This document shows positions 1 to 11,835 of a stretch of DNA of 64,000 nucleotides, piece after piece. The stretch is from contig JABFOP010000357.1 of NCBI GenBank assembly GCA_016618385.1, positions 351,545-415,544 of the forward strand, written 5' to 3'. This DNA comes from Nymphon striatum. Lineage: Eukaryota. Position numbers and translations under genes: made by a program. The notes below the pieces were generated by a model that ran no database searches, was not told where the DNA came from, and was given only the letters and a program-made list of their open reading frames with translations. The number at the start of each line of letters is the position of its first letter. Within the stretch, counting starts at the first letter, position 1.

Positions 1-117
1 TTGTTGTGCCTAATTGAAGAGAAAAAAGAAGAACCTTATATTAAAAACTAATTCATCAAAAATAGTTTAATGATTTCAACTTTAAATTTGTAATATTTTG
101 ATGTTTATTTCCCATAG

Positions 118-194
118 TAATAGAACAGAATATAGAGCAAGAAGAGCATTCTAGTAAGCAATCATCTGCTGATTTAAGGATACGTAAAACTCAA
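118..194 (+). CDS. STX1: Syntaxin-1 internal exon (…[25 protein letters not shown])
   Basis: Acceptor tcccatag| at 116-117 and donor |gtatgt at 195. The translation matches human STX1A '[25 protein letters not shown]' and is in phase with the next exon (HSTLSRKF). Confidence 0.8.
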
Positions 195-1489
195 GTATGT
201 ATCGTATGTGCAAGCATGTTATTTTGTTTTTAATGTTTATGCGAGAGGAACGGAACCCATACATGATGCAGGGAGGGAAGTTATATGCTTAATTTAACCG
301 AATAAAATATTGTTGAGGAATTGGATAAAAGTGTTTCCCCTTTCAAAGCTGTAAAGAAAATTTCAGAAGGGAAATGGAGTTCTTTGAATGCATTCTAATA
401 TTCTTTTATTCTTTGGGTATAAATTCGTCTGTTTAAAATTTTCAGTTTAAATAATGTACCGTGAAAATACTTCGATTCAGCACTCCTTCAGCTTGAAATC
501 TGTGTCATCAGACAAATGTAGTTTTGAATTGGTAGTCATGTATTTACAATTTTTGGAGCCCTAAACATTACGCATGTGTAAAAGAACTTTGACAATATGC
601 AGACCAAGTATTTACCAATTAATATGAAATACCTGTGAAACAATTTATAGTAATTTTGTTTGTAATTAGCAGTTACCGCTGTTATTTCTAAATGTTGGAA
701 ATGATAATTTTTTATGAATTGTAGGAGAACTACTTCCGGAATTCATTTATCTGTATGATATGATTTGTATTATAATGTTCTCCCTCTTTTTTTTTTTTTT
801 TTTTTGATTTTTAAATATGTATCCTGTTGCATCTTAACAAATAACTGAAGCAGTTGCATGGTTGCTTCTTAGATCGCTATTGACGATGGTAGATGCTGAC
901 GTCAGACGCCCTGGCAGAGTGCCTCCCAGTGTAAAGAGTGTAAAGAGTGATCAACAAGTTATAGAGTTAAAGATCAGATGATTTTATTTACAAATTATAC
1001 AAGGTTTATATAGTCTGGGAAAGAGGATTTGGGATTGAAATGAGATTTCTATCTCATTGGCTGATTGCTTCAAACCTCTTGGATTGGTTTACTTCAAACC
1101 ACTTGAACATTTGACAGATGGTCGAGGTGTCACATCTTGAGGCAAACGGAAGTGGCGTTTCCGCTGGGTCGCTGTGACATCGGACGAAAGTGGAAAGTGA
1201 AACGTAGGTGTGGTGTATTTTATTGGTCGTTATGACATCTGACGAAAGTGCTGGTGGCGTCTAAAAGGAGGGAGAAGAAATAATATTAATGGCCTCGGGT
1301 CATTCACTTCTGTGTTTGTTGCAGTATGTTCTGCTACATAACTTTTGAATGGTATTTTTGACCGTAGTAAGGATGTATTGGTATATTTATCGTTTCATTT
1401 TTAAATGTGCAACGTTGACACCATAGTGTGTAGTGTGAAATTTTGAGAAGAAAAATAATTTCAATAACTGTTTCTTTCCACTTTTGTAG

Positions 1490-1598
1490 CATTCAACACT
1501 GAGTAGAAAGTTTGTTGAAGTAATGACAGACTATAATAAAACTCAAACAGATTATAGAGAGAGGTGTAAAGGACGGATTCAAAGACAACTGGAGATTA
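1490..1598 (+). CDS. STX1: Syntaxin-1 exon ([36 protein letters not shown]-)
   Basis: Acceptor ttttgtag| and donor |gtgagt at 1599. The exon ends in phase 1, giving LEI+T(a|cg) across the junction. It matches the STX1A linker and SNARE N-terminus. Confidence 0.85.
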
Positions 1599-1676
1599 GT
1601 GAGTGTGCACCTTCACTCTTAGGTTTTGTAGCATGTGAGGCTTGTTGTAATATTTATGTGTTTTTTTTTTTTGCAG

Positions 1677-1750
1677 CGGGCAAGAAAACAACCCAGGAAG
1701 AAATAGAAAACATGCTTGAAACTGGGAATTTACAAGTTTTCACTCAAGAT
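1677..1750 (+). CDS. STX1: Syntaxin-1 exon ([25 protein letters not shown])
   Basis: Acceptor ttttttttttgcag| and donor |gtaagc. It matches STX1A 'TGRTTTSEELEDMLESGNPAIF'. Confidence 0.85.
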
Positions 1751-1837
1751 GTAAGCTCTTTTTCTTATCGTTATTTTTTTACTTTTATCTAAAGTTAGTA
1801 GTGTCCAATAATATCTGTTATAAATTATTTTCCACAG

Positions 1838-1975
1838 ATAATGATAGAAACTCAGCAAGCAAAACAAACGTTGGCTGATATTGAAGCTCGTCATAATGAC
1901 ATCATTAAACTGGAAAACAGTATTCGAGAATTGCATGATATGTTCATGGATATGGCCATGTTAGTAGAAAGTCAG
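1838..1975 (+). CDS. STX1: Syntaxin-1 SNARE-motif exon ([46 protein letters not shown])
   Basis: Acceptor ttttccacag| and donor |gtatgt. It is near-identical to the SNARE core '[32 protein letters not shown]'. Confidence 0.92.
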
Positions 1976-2189
1976 GTATGTTAATATTGAAGTTATTTTG
2001 TACTTTTTTACATGCTAGAACATTTTTAAACAAGTGTAGATTATCCCATCAAATAAACTTTTTTCTTCCTTTCATTCTTATAAAATCTTGGCACCAAAAA
2101 TCTCAATATACATGTTATCAGAAATTAAATTATCTCTTGGTGTGAATAATAGTCAATGAAAGTCCTTAAAAATCACATTTTTATTCTCA

Positions 2190-2545
2190 CCTAGGTCGTC
2201 TGCGGACGATTTGGCGCCTTGCCATAAGTCGCAAATGATTGGCGACAGGAACCGCATCGCAATGTTGACACTGTGCGAAGGCTCCCTGCGCATGCGCTAT
2301 AGTCTGAGAGTTCAACAAGGAATCTCTTAGCTCTGCCCTGACACGCTCGAGGCCCGCACGATATCGTTGCACCGACTAGACGGGATTCTGACTTAGAGGC
2401 ATTCAGTCATTATCCTGCGGATGGTAGCTTTGCACCACTGGCCGCTCGACCAAGCACATGTACCAAGTGTCCGAACCTGCGGTTCCTCTCTTACTGAGCA
2501 GGATCACTATCGCAACGATCGGTCATCGGTAGCTACGGCTAACCT
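2190..2545 (-). pseudogene. Orphan fragment of the 28S (LSU) rRNA gene, 3' domain, sense on the minus strand
   Basis: A GC-rich block sits in an AT-rich intron. It contains the universally conserved LSU motifs GGGATTCTGACTTAGAGGC(A/G)TTCAGTCAT and GGTAGCTT…CCAAGCACAT…GAACCTGCGGTTCCTCTC(T/G)TACTGAGCAGGAT…TAACCTGT in reverse complement. Similarity stops abruptly after TAACCTGT. Confidence 0.75.
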
Positions 2546-3137
2546 GTTCAGATTTGCAAATTTGCATGAAATATGTGAATTACTTTTTTAACCATATATT
2601 TTGTTTCATTCACTTGCCTTCAGTTCTTTTTTTATTAGCATGTTTAGCATTGTCCAAATAGAAATAATTTCTAAGGTTCCTAACATGGAATGCACGTCCG
2701 AAAAATTATAATATAATGAAATATTACGATAATGGTCCTTTAAAACTATTAGATTTAAGCATTGAAAGTCCTCAAAAGTCCATAAATTTTGCTTCCAGTT
2801 TTAAGTGGGTGAAATTAAGGTAATTTAAATTATTACTACCCTTAAGTAAATGTGAGTAAATGACATGAAGGAAATATAAATAGGATAGACAAATTTTCAC
2901 AAGCCTGTAGATTTCTTTCTTTTTTCATCAAATATATCATTCTTGAAAGTTTTGGAGATTCATTAGAAATTGCATTTCGATTAAGGTGTGTAGTCACTTT
3001 TAATGTTTGTGTTAATCCTTTTGTCAGTTTAGTAAAACACAGTCTCAAGTGTCACAAAATAATCAGTTAGACCATTTTTGGGCTTTAAAAGGATGTTCAG
3101 GTTTCAACAAAATCTGATATTCAAGCTTTATCAATTT

Positions 3138-3490
3138 ATCATCATCATGGTTCAAGGATCGTTTTCGATCTTATGATGCATTCCCGCCACTTCGTTCGGC
3201 ATTGACAAAGTCGGATGACTTCTGCAGTAGATTTTCCTGTCCATTTAGTGACGTTGGTCAACCACCAACTCCTTGGTCGACCGCTTGGTCTCTTTCCTTC
3301 TATTCGTCCCTCTAATAATTTCTTCTGCAGCGTGTCATGTCTCTGTATATGTCCAAAGTATTCTAATTTTCGTCTTCTTACCATTGAAACTAGTTTTGTC
3401 TTGTTGATTCTTACCATCCTAAGTACCTCTTTATTGGTCTTTCTCTTGGTCCATGGAACTCTTTGCATTCTTCTATAAAACCACATTTCC
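3138..3490 (-). mobile_element. 5'-truncated LINE (RTE/CR1-like) ORF2 C-terminal fragment with an (ATG)n 3' tail
   Basis: The ORF 3145-3486 (-) reads …GRPRSWWLTNVTKW…, a typical non-LTR ORF2 tail. A tcatcatcatgg microsatellite lies at the 3' end. It sits in syntaxin intron 3. Confidence 0.7.
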
Positions 3491-3791
3491 AGCGCCTCGA
3501 TTAACTTTCATAATCGTGTGTTGGGAATACTAACTACGGGAGTTAGACGTGGTAGGGTCCCCATCCTTTCCACGGGATATCAATTAGAAAATAATAAATG
3601 TTAGAGGTTGCAAAGTAAAGAATAATATTTTACAACCTAAACAATCCACAAATTCTTTAAGAAGAACATTTTCCCAATGTTTGTGTTTGGGAAATAGAGG
3701 AGATTTGTGTGCAAAAATAAAATATACATTTTAATTTTTAAACATAATATTTATTACTTAAATGTATTTTGTAACATGTACTTTTTGTTAG

Positions 3792-3902
3792 GGTGAAATG
3801 ATTGATAGAATTGAATATAATGTGGAACATGCTGTAGATTACATAGAGACTGCAAAACAAGACACAAAGAAAGCTGTGAAATATCAAAGCAAGGCTAGAC
3901 GA
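3792..3902 (+). CDS. STX1: Syntaxin-1 SNARE-motif exon ([37 protein letters not shown])
   Basis: Acceptor ctttttgttag| and donor |gtaagt. It is near-identical to STX1A '[37 protein letters not shown]'. Confidence 0.92.
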
Positions 3903-5659
3903 GTAAGTGACATTTTTTTCAATAATTTATATACTGTTTATTAATATATTATTGTAAAGTGGTCGGACACCATGGGAACTTTCAAACTTTTAATTTCATT
4001 TCACCTGTTTAATTTCATTAATTTTTTTTATTTGAAATTTTCTTAAAATTTATTTTAATCTACCTGTGGCTCTTAACCCATGGACATTTGTGTGATATTT
4101 GTTGTACACTCTTTGCCTATGTGAATATTGTTTTAAATACATATTTCACATTTAAATAATACAAGAAAAAAAAAGTTACATCAGTTTACACACTCTCTGT
4201 AGCTTACAAACTGACATTCAGTGTGAAAATTGACTAGAAAACATTGGCCTTATTTTTTAACATCAAGGTGTTGTATTAAGTTCTTTTCAGTAAGACTGAG
4301 TGAGTAAATGGGTCACAAAGTGGAAATCAATGCAGATTCGAAAACTAAATTAATTTAGCATTGGTGAAATACAAAAACTTTAAAATCTAATTGATGTAAT
4401 CACATTACTGGAAATTGCATATATACAGGGTCCGTACGCGTCCTGGAAAGTCCTGAAATTTCATTTTAGTTTTTAAAAGTCCTTAAATGTCCTTAAAAAT
4501 TCTCTGCTACTCCTGAAAAGTCCTGAAAATAGAGGATATATGGTAGTAGTTTTCAACTTAAAATCAGCAAATGATTTTTTAAACAAAGCTGAACAGAAAA
4601 GGGACTAAAGTCTTAGGTGTATTGCTAAAGCCAATAACCTCCGACACTCAGCAAAGGATAAGGAATTGTTAACAGATTTACAGGGCACATTTATTTAATA
4701 GTCGAAATAGGAATATGGAGGACGACTCAGAATGAGTCTTAAAAGTATCATTGGGTCGTTAAACCCAATAAAACAAAATCTATCTGAGATTAAAGGGAAA
4801 GATTAGTCCTTAAATGTCCTGAAAAAATTTCAAAATTAGTCCTGAAAAGTCCTGGAAAATAATACCCAAGTAAGTGTGTGAACCCTGTTATAGAAGGTAG
4901 GATAGCCGAATAGATCTTTCACTTGTGAGGGGTCTAGTTATTGATCCAGGTACGAATTTTATTCAAACCTTCCATCTTTCATTCATTCTTTACCTTGTGT
5001 ATTATTGTACATCCCTCTCTGTTACTAGATACATGTAAGATGGTGGTAAATGTCAGATGTCAGAATTTTTAAAGGCCAAATGTCTCAATTCAAAAAAATT
5101 TTAAATGTCAAAATTACTGAACATGAGTAGTGGTTATCACCGAATGTAAATAAACCGGCAAAACACAAATAATGTAACCAAATGGTATATATCGCATATA
5201 ATATCTCATTTCAGATGGTCAAATCGAAATTAGAATGAATTTGATCGTTTGTCAGGTCTAAAAAATTGATATCAGTCATCATGTGGAATAACGTATGTCG
5301 GACTTTATTTTACAGTAAAAATCGAATATCGAATGTGAAATAGGTCCAATGTTGGCTATCGAAAAATCCCTTTACCCCTCTCATGTAAAGACTTAAGTAT
5401 TTGTCCATGACCTTTATAGTCATTCATAGTTTTTGCCTCAACGGCAGCCACGAGTAATAGCCACAGCCTTTCGTAATAGTATTACTAATTACAAAAAAGT
5501 CTTCAGTTCTTTTTTGTTTTTTTTTTTATTATTTTTTCTTTTTAAATGTTTTTTAATGTGGAAGTAAGCGGCTTTATTATGAAAAATGGCGGTCATTTTA
5601 GCCGCTAGCCGCCTTCAAACGACGTGCCTGATCTTAGAGCCATAAGGATAATTTCAGTT

Positions 5660-5700
<41 letters not shown>

Positions 5701-5796
5701 TGTTTATTTGAATTATACTTTGTTGATTTATTTTCTTTCCATGTTTTTTTTATAATTTTGTTTTTTTTAGTTTCATTTGTTTATAATTTTTTACAG

Positions 5797-5886
5797 AAAA
5801 AGATAATCATCGCACTTATCATCATTGCCATACTAGGAATACTGATACTTATAATCGCGCTTTCTGTAAATGGGTCTTCGACTTGA
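5797..5886 (+). CDS. STX1: Syntaxin-1 terminal exon A: transmembrane anchor KKIIIALIIIAILGILILIIALSVNGSST*
   Basis: Acceptor ttttttacag|. It has the KK juxtamembrane motif and a hydrophobic stretch, with a TGA stop at 5884-5886. An aataaa signal lies about 70 nt downstream. Confidence 0.8.
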   Translation, partial: KKIIIALIIIAILGILILIIALSVNGSST

Positions 5887-6494
5887 AGAGTTTTTCCCCA
5901 TAGGTTTTATTTCTTATATATGTTAATACAACATTATTGAAAATATCCTGTAAAATAAAATCATACTCTAATTATTTTATTTTTTTTTATGTTATTGAAC
6001 CATGTTTGAAAAGATATGGGAGTATTTATTAAAAGAGAAATAAGTTAGCATTTGTTTATAACAAATCGATTGTATAAAATGAATAGATGTAAATAGTCCA
6101 AAGAAATTGTAAATAATTAAAACTATTTTGAAAAACAGATTAGTAAAATTTTTGTTTATGTAATTTGTGTATATTTTTAAGTATCGGAGAATATTTGAGG
6201 AAAGTAGCATATTTTTTGAAAAAATTTTACATGTCCTAATTTATGCATGTCACTGTATATTTATTTTTGTCAATTGCATCATATCATTTTTAGCGACAGA
6301 AATATCAAAATCTCTTGCCTGCTGTCAATTTTCCATAGTCATCTTATCTTTGCTTTCATTTATTAGTAATATTATTATTTTATTATTTTTTTTTGTTTTT
6401 TTTTTTTCAATTTACTTTTTATCTTTGTCCATTTATTTTATTTATAGCAAGTTTTGTTATGTTTGACCAATTTCGTTGTAACTCCAAACATTAA

Positions 6495-6760
6495 CCCTTA
6501 AACGGCAAATTATCCTGCTCTATATTTCGGTTAACCTAATAATAAAATCGTGAATGACTTGGTAAAAGCTCCACTATTTGTTATTATCACACATACTCAT
6601 CAATAAATCAAATTCAGGGCATGTTTTTCTTTTTTTCTATATGATTTTGTTAGAAATTGATATTGAGCCAAAGATATAAATACGTTTTGCCTCTTTTTTT
6701 CAAATACTGGTATATTTTTATATCTGTGGTGACCTAACGAACATTCCCGCTGTTTAAGGG
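6495..6760. mobile_element. piggyBac-type MITE flanked by TTAA
   Basis: It has TTAA|CCCTTAAACGGC… at one end and …GCTGTTTAAGGG|TTAA at the other. These are 12-nt inverted termini beginning CCC. TTAA lies at 6491-6494 and 6761-6764. Confidence 0.6.
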
Positions 6761-7453
6761 TTAATCATGGGCTAATGTATGTAAAGGTAACCAACTATGA
6801 TCAAAATGTTTTTATTCTAAAATTGTTATTAAATTAATGAACAATAAATCAAATTTTTAAAGAGAATATTCTATTTTTTTATTTTTATTTTTTTTTCTAA
6901 GATATGAAACTCTCCTATTTTTGTTATCACGTTTGATACATTTATTACTGCAAAAAATTGGAATATTTGCTGATAGTCCATTGTATTCCCTTGTGAAGTG
7001 TGTAGATTTTTTTTAGATTTAAGGATATTCAAAGGGTGTGATATTCAATATTATATATTAACATTATTTTTTTTTTTTATTATTGTTATTATTTTGAAAA
7101 GATTAATGAAAATTCTTTTGCAGACTCCCAACTCTAGTTTTAAGGGACAATTATTAAAATGGGTTTGATGATCATATTAATTATTTATGCGAAATAGATT
7201 TTTTCTTAATTGCAAAATTGCCCCAAAATCTTGAGAAATTGGTCTTTTTTATTGTACTGCAATAGTTAAGTGTGATTAATTATACTTATATTTTCTTCAT
7301 GAATTTTATTAAGATACATAGTCATAGTAACTAGTGATATTTTTTTTATATATTTATTAAATTTTTATATATTTATATATTTATTAAATTTTGTAATGAG
7401 TTTTAAGATGTGTTGTTTGATACTGATGCTGTTCATTTATTTAATCTTTGCAG

Positions 7454-7534
7454 AAGAAGATCGCGATTATGATCTGCCTCATTATACTTGTCATTGTACT
7501 AGTATCAATTTTTGGATCATTCTTTGGAATGTAG
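7454..7534 (+). CDS. STX1: Syntaxin-1 alternative terminal exon B: transmembrane anchor KKIAIMICLIILVIVLVSIFGSFFGM*
   Basis: Acceptor ttaatctttgcag| at 7452-7453. It has the same phase and layout as exon A (KK, TM helix, stop). It resembles STX1A 'KKIMIIICCVILGIIIASTIGGIFG'. Confidence 0.7.
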   Translation, partial: KKIAIMICLIILVIVLVSIFGSFFGM

Positions 7535-10500
7535 ACTATGTTCATCACATCTCTTTCAACTTTGTTTCCAACTCCGTCTTGTTATTGGACATTCTGTTTG
7601 ATTGTGTCAATTTCTCTCGCTCTGCTGTAACTCAATCATAAAGCATTGCAATGACAATATTACAGAGAAAATTTGACTAACATCAAAGAAATGTGTTTTC
7701 CTCCCCCTCTCCAATCCCTGTCACAATCAACCAAACCAGACCGTTTATAGCATATATAAACTGTTTTACTATTATCTAACTGCGTTTATCAGAAAATTCC
7801 TACCTTTTATTTGCTTCAACCTTTTTGGCTTCAAGTTAAAACTTAGCAATAGTTCATTAAATTCCTAGCTATTAAACTTATAACAAATGAAAATATATGT
7901 ATATGAAATGTGTAAGCTAATCAAGCTTGCAATGTGAAATTTAATTATGTAAATACTTTAAAATTCTAATTGATACTGCCACTAAATGCTAAGTTTGATA
8001 TGAAAGTATAATTTTGGAATAATTAAGGCAGTTGTGAACAGTGGAGCCTGAGGAACATTGGACTCAACGTCTCCTATACCATTATTACTGAAAATTTATT
8101 CATTTCAACTTTTGGAAATTGTGATAGCAGTATCTGTTACCAGATGTTTCTTCCTTTCCATTTATTTGAAGTTTCGTTCTTCCCATTTCATGAGAAAGTC
8201 ATTCCAAAAGTTAATAGAAATATTTGTGGCCAGTCCGTAGTAACGTATTGGTTGATAGGACATTTTTTTATATTTTGTTGATCAACTACAGCCATTCCTT
8301 CATGAAAAGCATAACCAGAAAAGATTTGCCATTTGCAATGGGCAATGATGAAACTCCCCTTCGCCTGGCTTATGAGTGATATGTACATGTTCTGGGTGCC
8401 TCCATTTTTAAGTATACTAATTTAGCAATAATCAATTTTTTCACATGTTCGTTTATGTGATCTTTCCTCTGAATAATTTGTTATTTGCTGAACCATCATT
8501 CCATTTGTAATGTATAGTTTTATCACGATCATCAAAAATTATAACCACATACATATATAAATATACATACATCTTTATTATTATTATTGCATCTTAGAGG
8601 TTGCTTCTTTTAGAAGGACATAGTGAGGAAAAAATAAAAACTGTTAAAAGTACTCCCCTCAGTTGCTCAAAGAATTCTTTTTAAATCCACACAAACGTAC
8701 ATTTCTAACCTTTCTTGCACATTTTGAATTGTGCATTAATGTGATTCTCTCAAAAATTGAGTAACCATTAAAATTTTAACAAATTTCTTTTTCAATATAA
8801 TTATTCTGGATTCTTATTTTCAGAATTGTTTTATTCATTATTTATGATTTTCATATTAATATCTATTTTTGTAATATTTACATGTGCTACTACTACTTTA
8901 GGGTAGGAAAATACAGGCAGTTTTGGCTTTTTCAAAATTATGGTCTTGTCCCTATCATTAGCAGATCTTAATAATGGCTGTATTTTGAACTGGTCTATTT
9001 TTGGATTCATCTTGAAGTAGGGTTTGCACTACCAACAACATATTTTATTTAGTCTCAAAGCCTTTATGTTACTAACAAGAACATTTAAGCCATAGTGAGA
9101 GTGTGGTACACAATGTCTTGATTTACGCTATCCTGAATCATTATTGGCAGCAGTTGGAAACGGTACGTAACATGGTTTCAATTACCATTGTTGCAGATTC
9201 AAAATGAAATCCACTTATGTTCATTTACATAATTGGGACATGTGACTTTTATCATATTTTTGAATCAACTACAATAGTTTCCAACAGCATGCTGGTCTCC
9301 AACCATTTTATAAATAGACACAGGTTAATTTTGTGCTGTTTGTGATGAAAAGAGCTGAAAGGTTGTATTTATTGACACATGCTTGGTACTCAAAGTTGCT
9401 TGATAATCCATAAAATGAACCTGGCTTACCTGAGTGTCGGGCACTTTTTTCTATATCCGAGAAAAAAAAATGACACCAAAAAAAAATTATTCTTACTTAA
9501 TGTTACTGAAAATCTGTAACATTATTTTGTTTATATTTTCTATTCTTTTAAGCACTAAATCTTCAAATTGATGACAATACTGCATCCCAAAATATTCAAA
9601 AGTTAGATTTTTGCATTATATGTGGCGATATTGCCTATTTTTCCTACCCAGATTTCTTTTTTAATATATTCAAGTTACTCATCCCCCAACCCCTTTATAT
9701 TTTGTATACTCAGTGGATCATGCTAAAATCAAAAAATTATTTTTATCATTATTAATTTCAAGTTTGATGTATTGTGTCTTGACTAATTCAATTTTTCAGG
9801 CTGAGTTTTGCAAAAAAAAAAAAAAAAAGTTTTAAAATCTAGTATTAATTACACCGATAAAATGCTTTGTGTTATCTCTAATTAAAGTGCTCTGAATTTA
9901 ATATAGATCAACTCTGGAAAAAAATTTACTTATTATACATGGGATAGTGCCTGAAGTTTAGATGTCCCTTAAAGTGAGCATTTTTTAACTCATAAAGTTT
10001 CCCAAACCCAAAGTATATTAACATTTCATCAGATCTTCTTGTTCGCTGGATGTAATAGCTTCATCAATTGATAAGCAATACTCGGTTTTAACCAAACTTT
10101 ATTTCATGAATTTATCAAAAGAAACTCACTATGTTGTCGATATAGTCATTTTGTGATTGAATTCAATGTCGCTGTTTCAGCTATTAATGCTTGTAACTAT
10201 TTCATTTCTTTCAAATCAAAGAACTTTTATAAGTTTAACCAAATAAGAATATTTAATGTTTACTTTGAGAATCATATTAATACTTGAAACTTAAATTATA
10301 TGAAGTACGAGGATGTGCACTTTGGTGATAATATACTTTTAAGATTATTATATATATATGTATGTATGTATGTATGTATACCTTTTTCTTATTTTATGTA
10401 CAAATATATTCATCTATTCATCCTTCTTTCAAATATATGATTTGCAATTTATTGAATTGAATGATTTAGAAGAGGAAAAATGATATCGTGTATATCCATA

Positions 10501-10934
10501 TATGTCAAAATGTAGTTCAAAGGAAAGTTGTTTTTTTTTTTTTCCTAATATGTTGCACAATCGCAATTTTCAAAATTTCCAAAAACGATATTCCTTAAAG
10601 CTGGTTAGAGTGGTCTAGCCATTGAAAACAAAAAGTACTGCAAAGACCAACGATTAAGTGATCACAAAAGATAAAGCAGTGTTTGATAATTATTAATATA
10701 TATTGGCTCAAATCCAAATTGAGTTAAATAAACATTAAAATGTAACGGCCACAAAAGAAAGAGAATATCTGTTGTCATTATTAAGATATATTTTTTTAAA
10801 TCATGGCAGGGCGCCTGTAAGTGACATTGATTATGAATGTCTGATATTGGGGAGCATTTTTCTTTTAGAATATCAATTTTAAAATGAAATGGTCCAATTT
10901 TTGGTTATTTACTTGAGGATTTAATACATAAAAA

Positions 10935-11201
10935 CAGGGTTTCCACTGGACCTTATAGTTTTTTGGCCACAATTATCCCAAATATTTTTTACGTGCGGGG
11001 GAGGGTTTGTATCCCCCTCTCGACCTCAAATTTTTTTTTGTTTAGCTGTATTGATATACACTATTTTAAGCATATAAGCATATCTAGCACTTTTATGGTG
11101 GCCAGATCGAGATGTTTAGTAAAGAGAAATTTCGTGTATAAAAAAACGACTGTTTACGGCAAATCATTTTTTCGCCGTTGGCGAATGCAGCGGAAACCCT
11201 G
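10935..11201. mobile_element. MITE with CAGGGTTTCC…GGAAACCCTG inverted termini
   Basis: The termini are perfect 10-15 nt inverted repeats. The internal sequence (gagctgtattgatatac…) recurs in the 53.6-54.5 kb palindrome. Confidence 0.6.
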
Positions 11202-11791
11202 AAAAATGAAATGCAGGAGTACTGCTTGTAATTTATTTACGTGCACTAGTAGATCTTACAAATTTTGAATCTGATAGCTTCCAAGTACATTTCGTACTTG
11301 AAAAACTTGCAAGTTAAAAAAAAGGATCTTCAAACTAATTGATTCATGTGTAAATATCACAACTTGATCAGGCATACTAAATAAATAAGAAAGAAAATGG
11401 TTATTTGCCAAAAATATGTATTTGTTAAAAAAATCTTGGCACTAACTAGTTGGAAATTTTTATTTGTTAACAAAAATTGGTGGAGAATTTCTTTCATTTT
11501 ATATAGATATACACGATTTTATTATTAAGGAACTTTAATTCATGTATAAAATATAAATACACTTTATCATCAGTTGAAAGGTTTTAGATCCTGTGATAAT
11601 TGAAACGTACATAGTTAATATGTACATGCATATTACCTTTCATTCATTTTCACTAACAATAATTTGTTATGGTTATTTGAATTGTGCATTTAAAAATTTA
11701 TTAAGCCTACCATTTTTCCATCATAAGAAGAATTTAATCAACGTGTTTTACCTATAGTTATAAGAAAAAACATTTTTATCAACCGTTTTAG

Positions 11792-11835
11792 GCTAGTGTG
11801 TCTGCAAACGATATTGACCGATTCTCTGAATTCAG
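11792..11835 (+). other. Orphan exon-like segment (ASVSANDIDRFSEF-), gene unknown
   Basis: It is 44 nt between a strong acceptor (accgttttag|) and a strong donor (CAG|gtaagc), with an open frame. No neighbouring exons were found. Confidence 0.25.

Noticed and set aside
2187-2372. 61-aa Arg/Ala-rich ORF on the minus strand
   Set aside because: It lies wholly inside the 28S rDNA fragment and is just GC-rich rRNA sequence read as protein.
5641-5700. Long poly-T/poly-A and (AT)n/(TA)n runs, e.g. 5661-5695, 28671-28696 and 49999-50032, considered as possible structured arrays
   Set aside because: They are simple homopolymer or dinucleotide microsatellites without repeat-spacer organisation. CRISPR is not applicable to a eukaryotic locus.
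6167-6466. 99-aa ORF rich in I/F/L, plus other AT-rich ORFs at 5992-6210 and 7396-7641
   Set aside because: They sit in extremely AT-rich low-complexity sequence flanking or overlapping syntaxin's terminal exon and UTR. The true coding part of 7396-7641 is only the 7454-7534 exon, in another frame.
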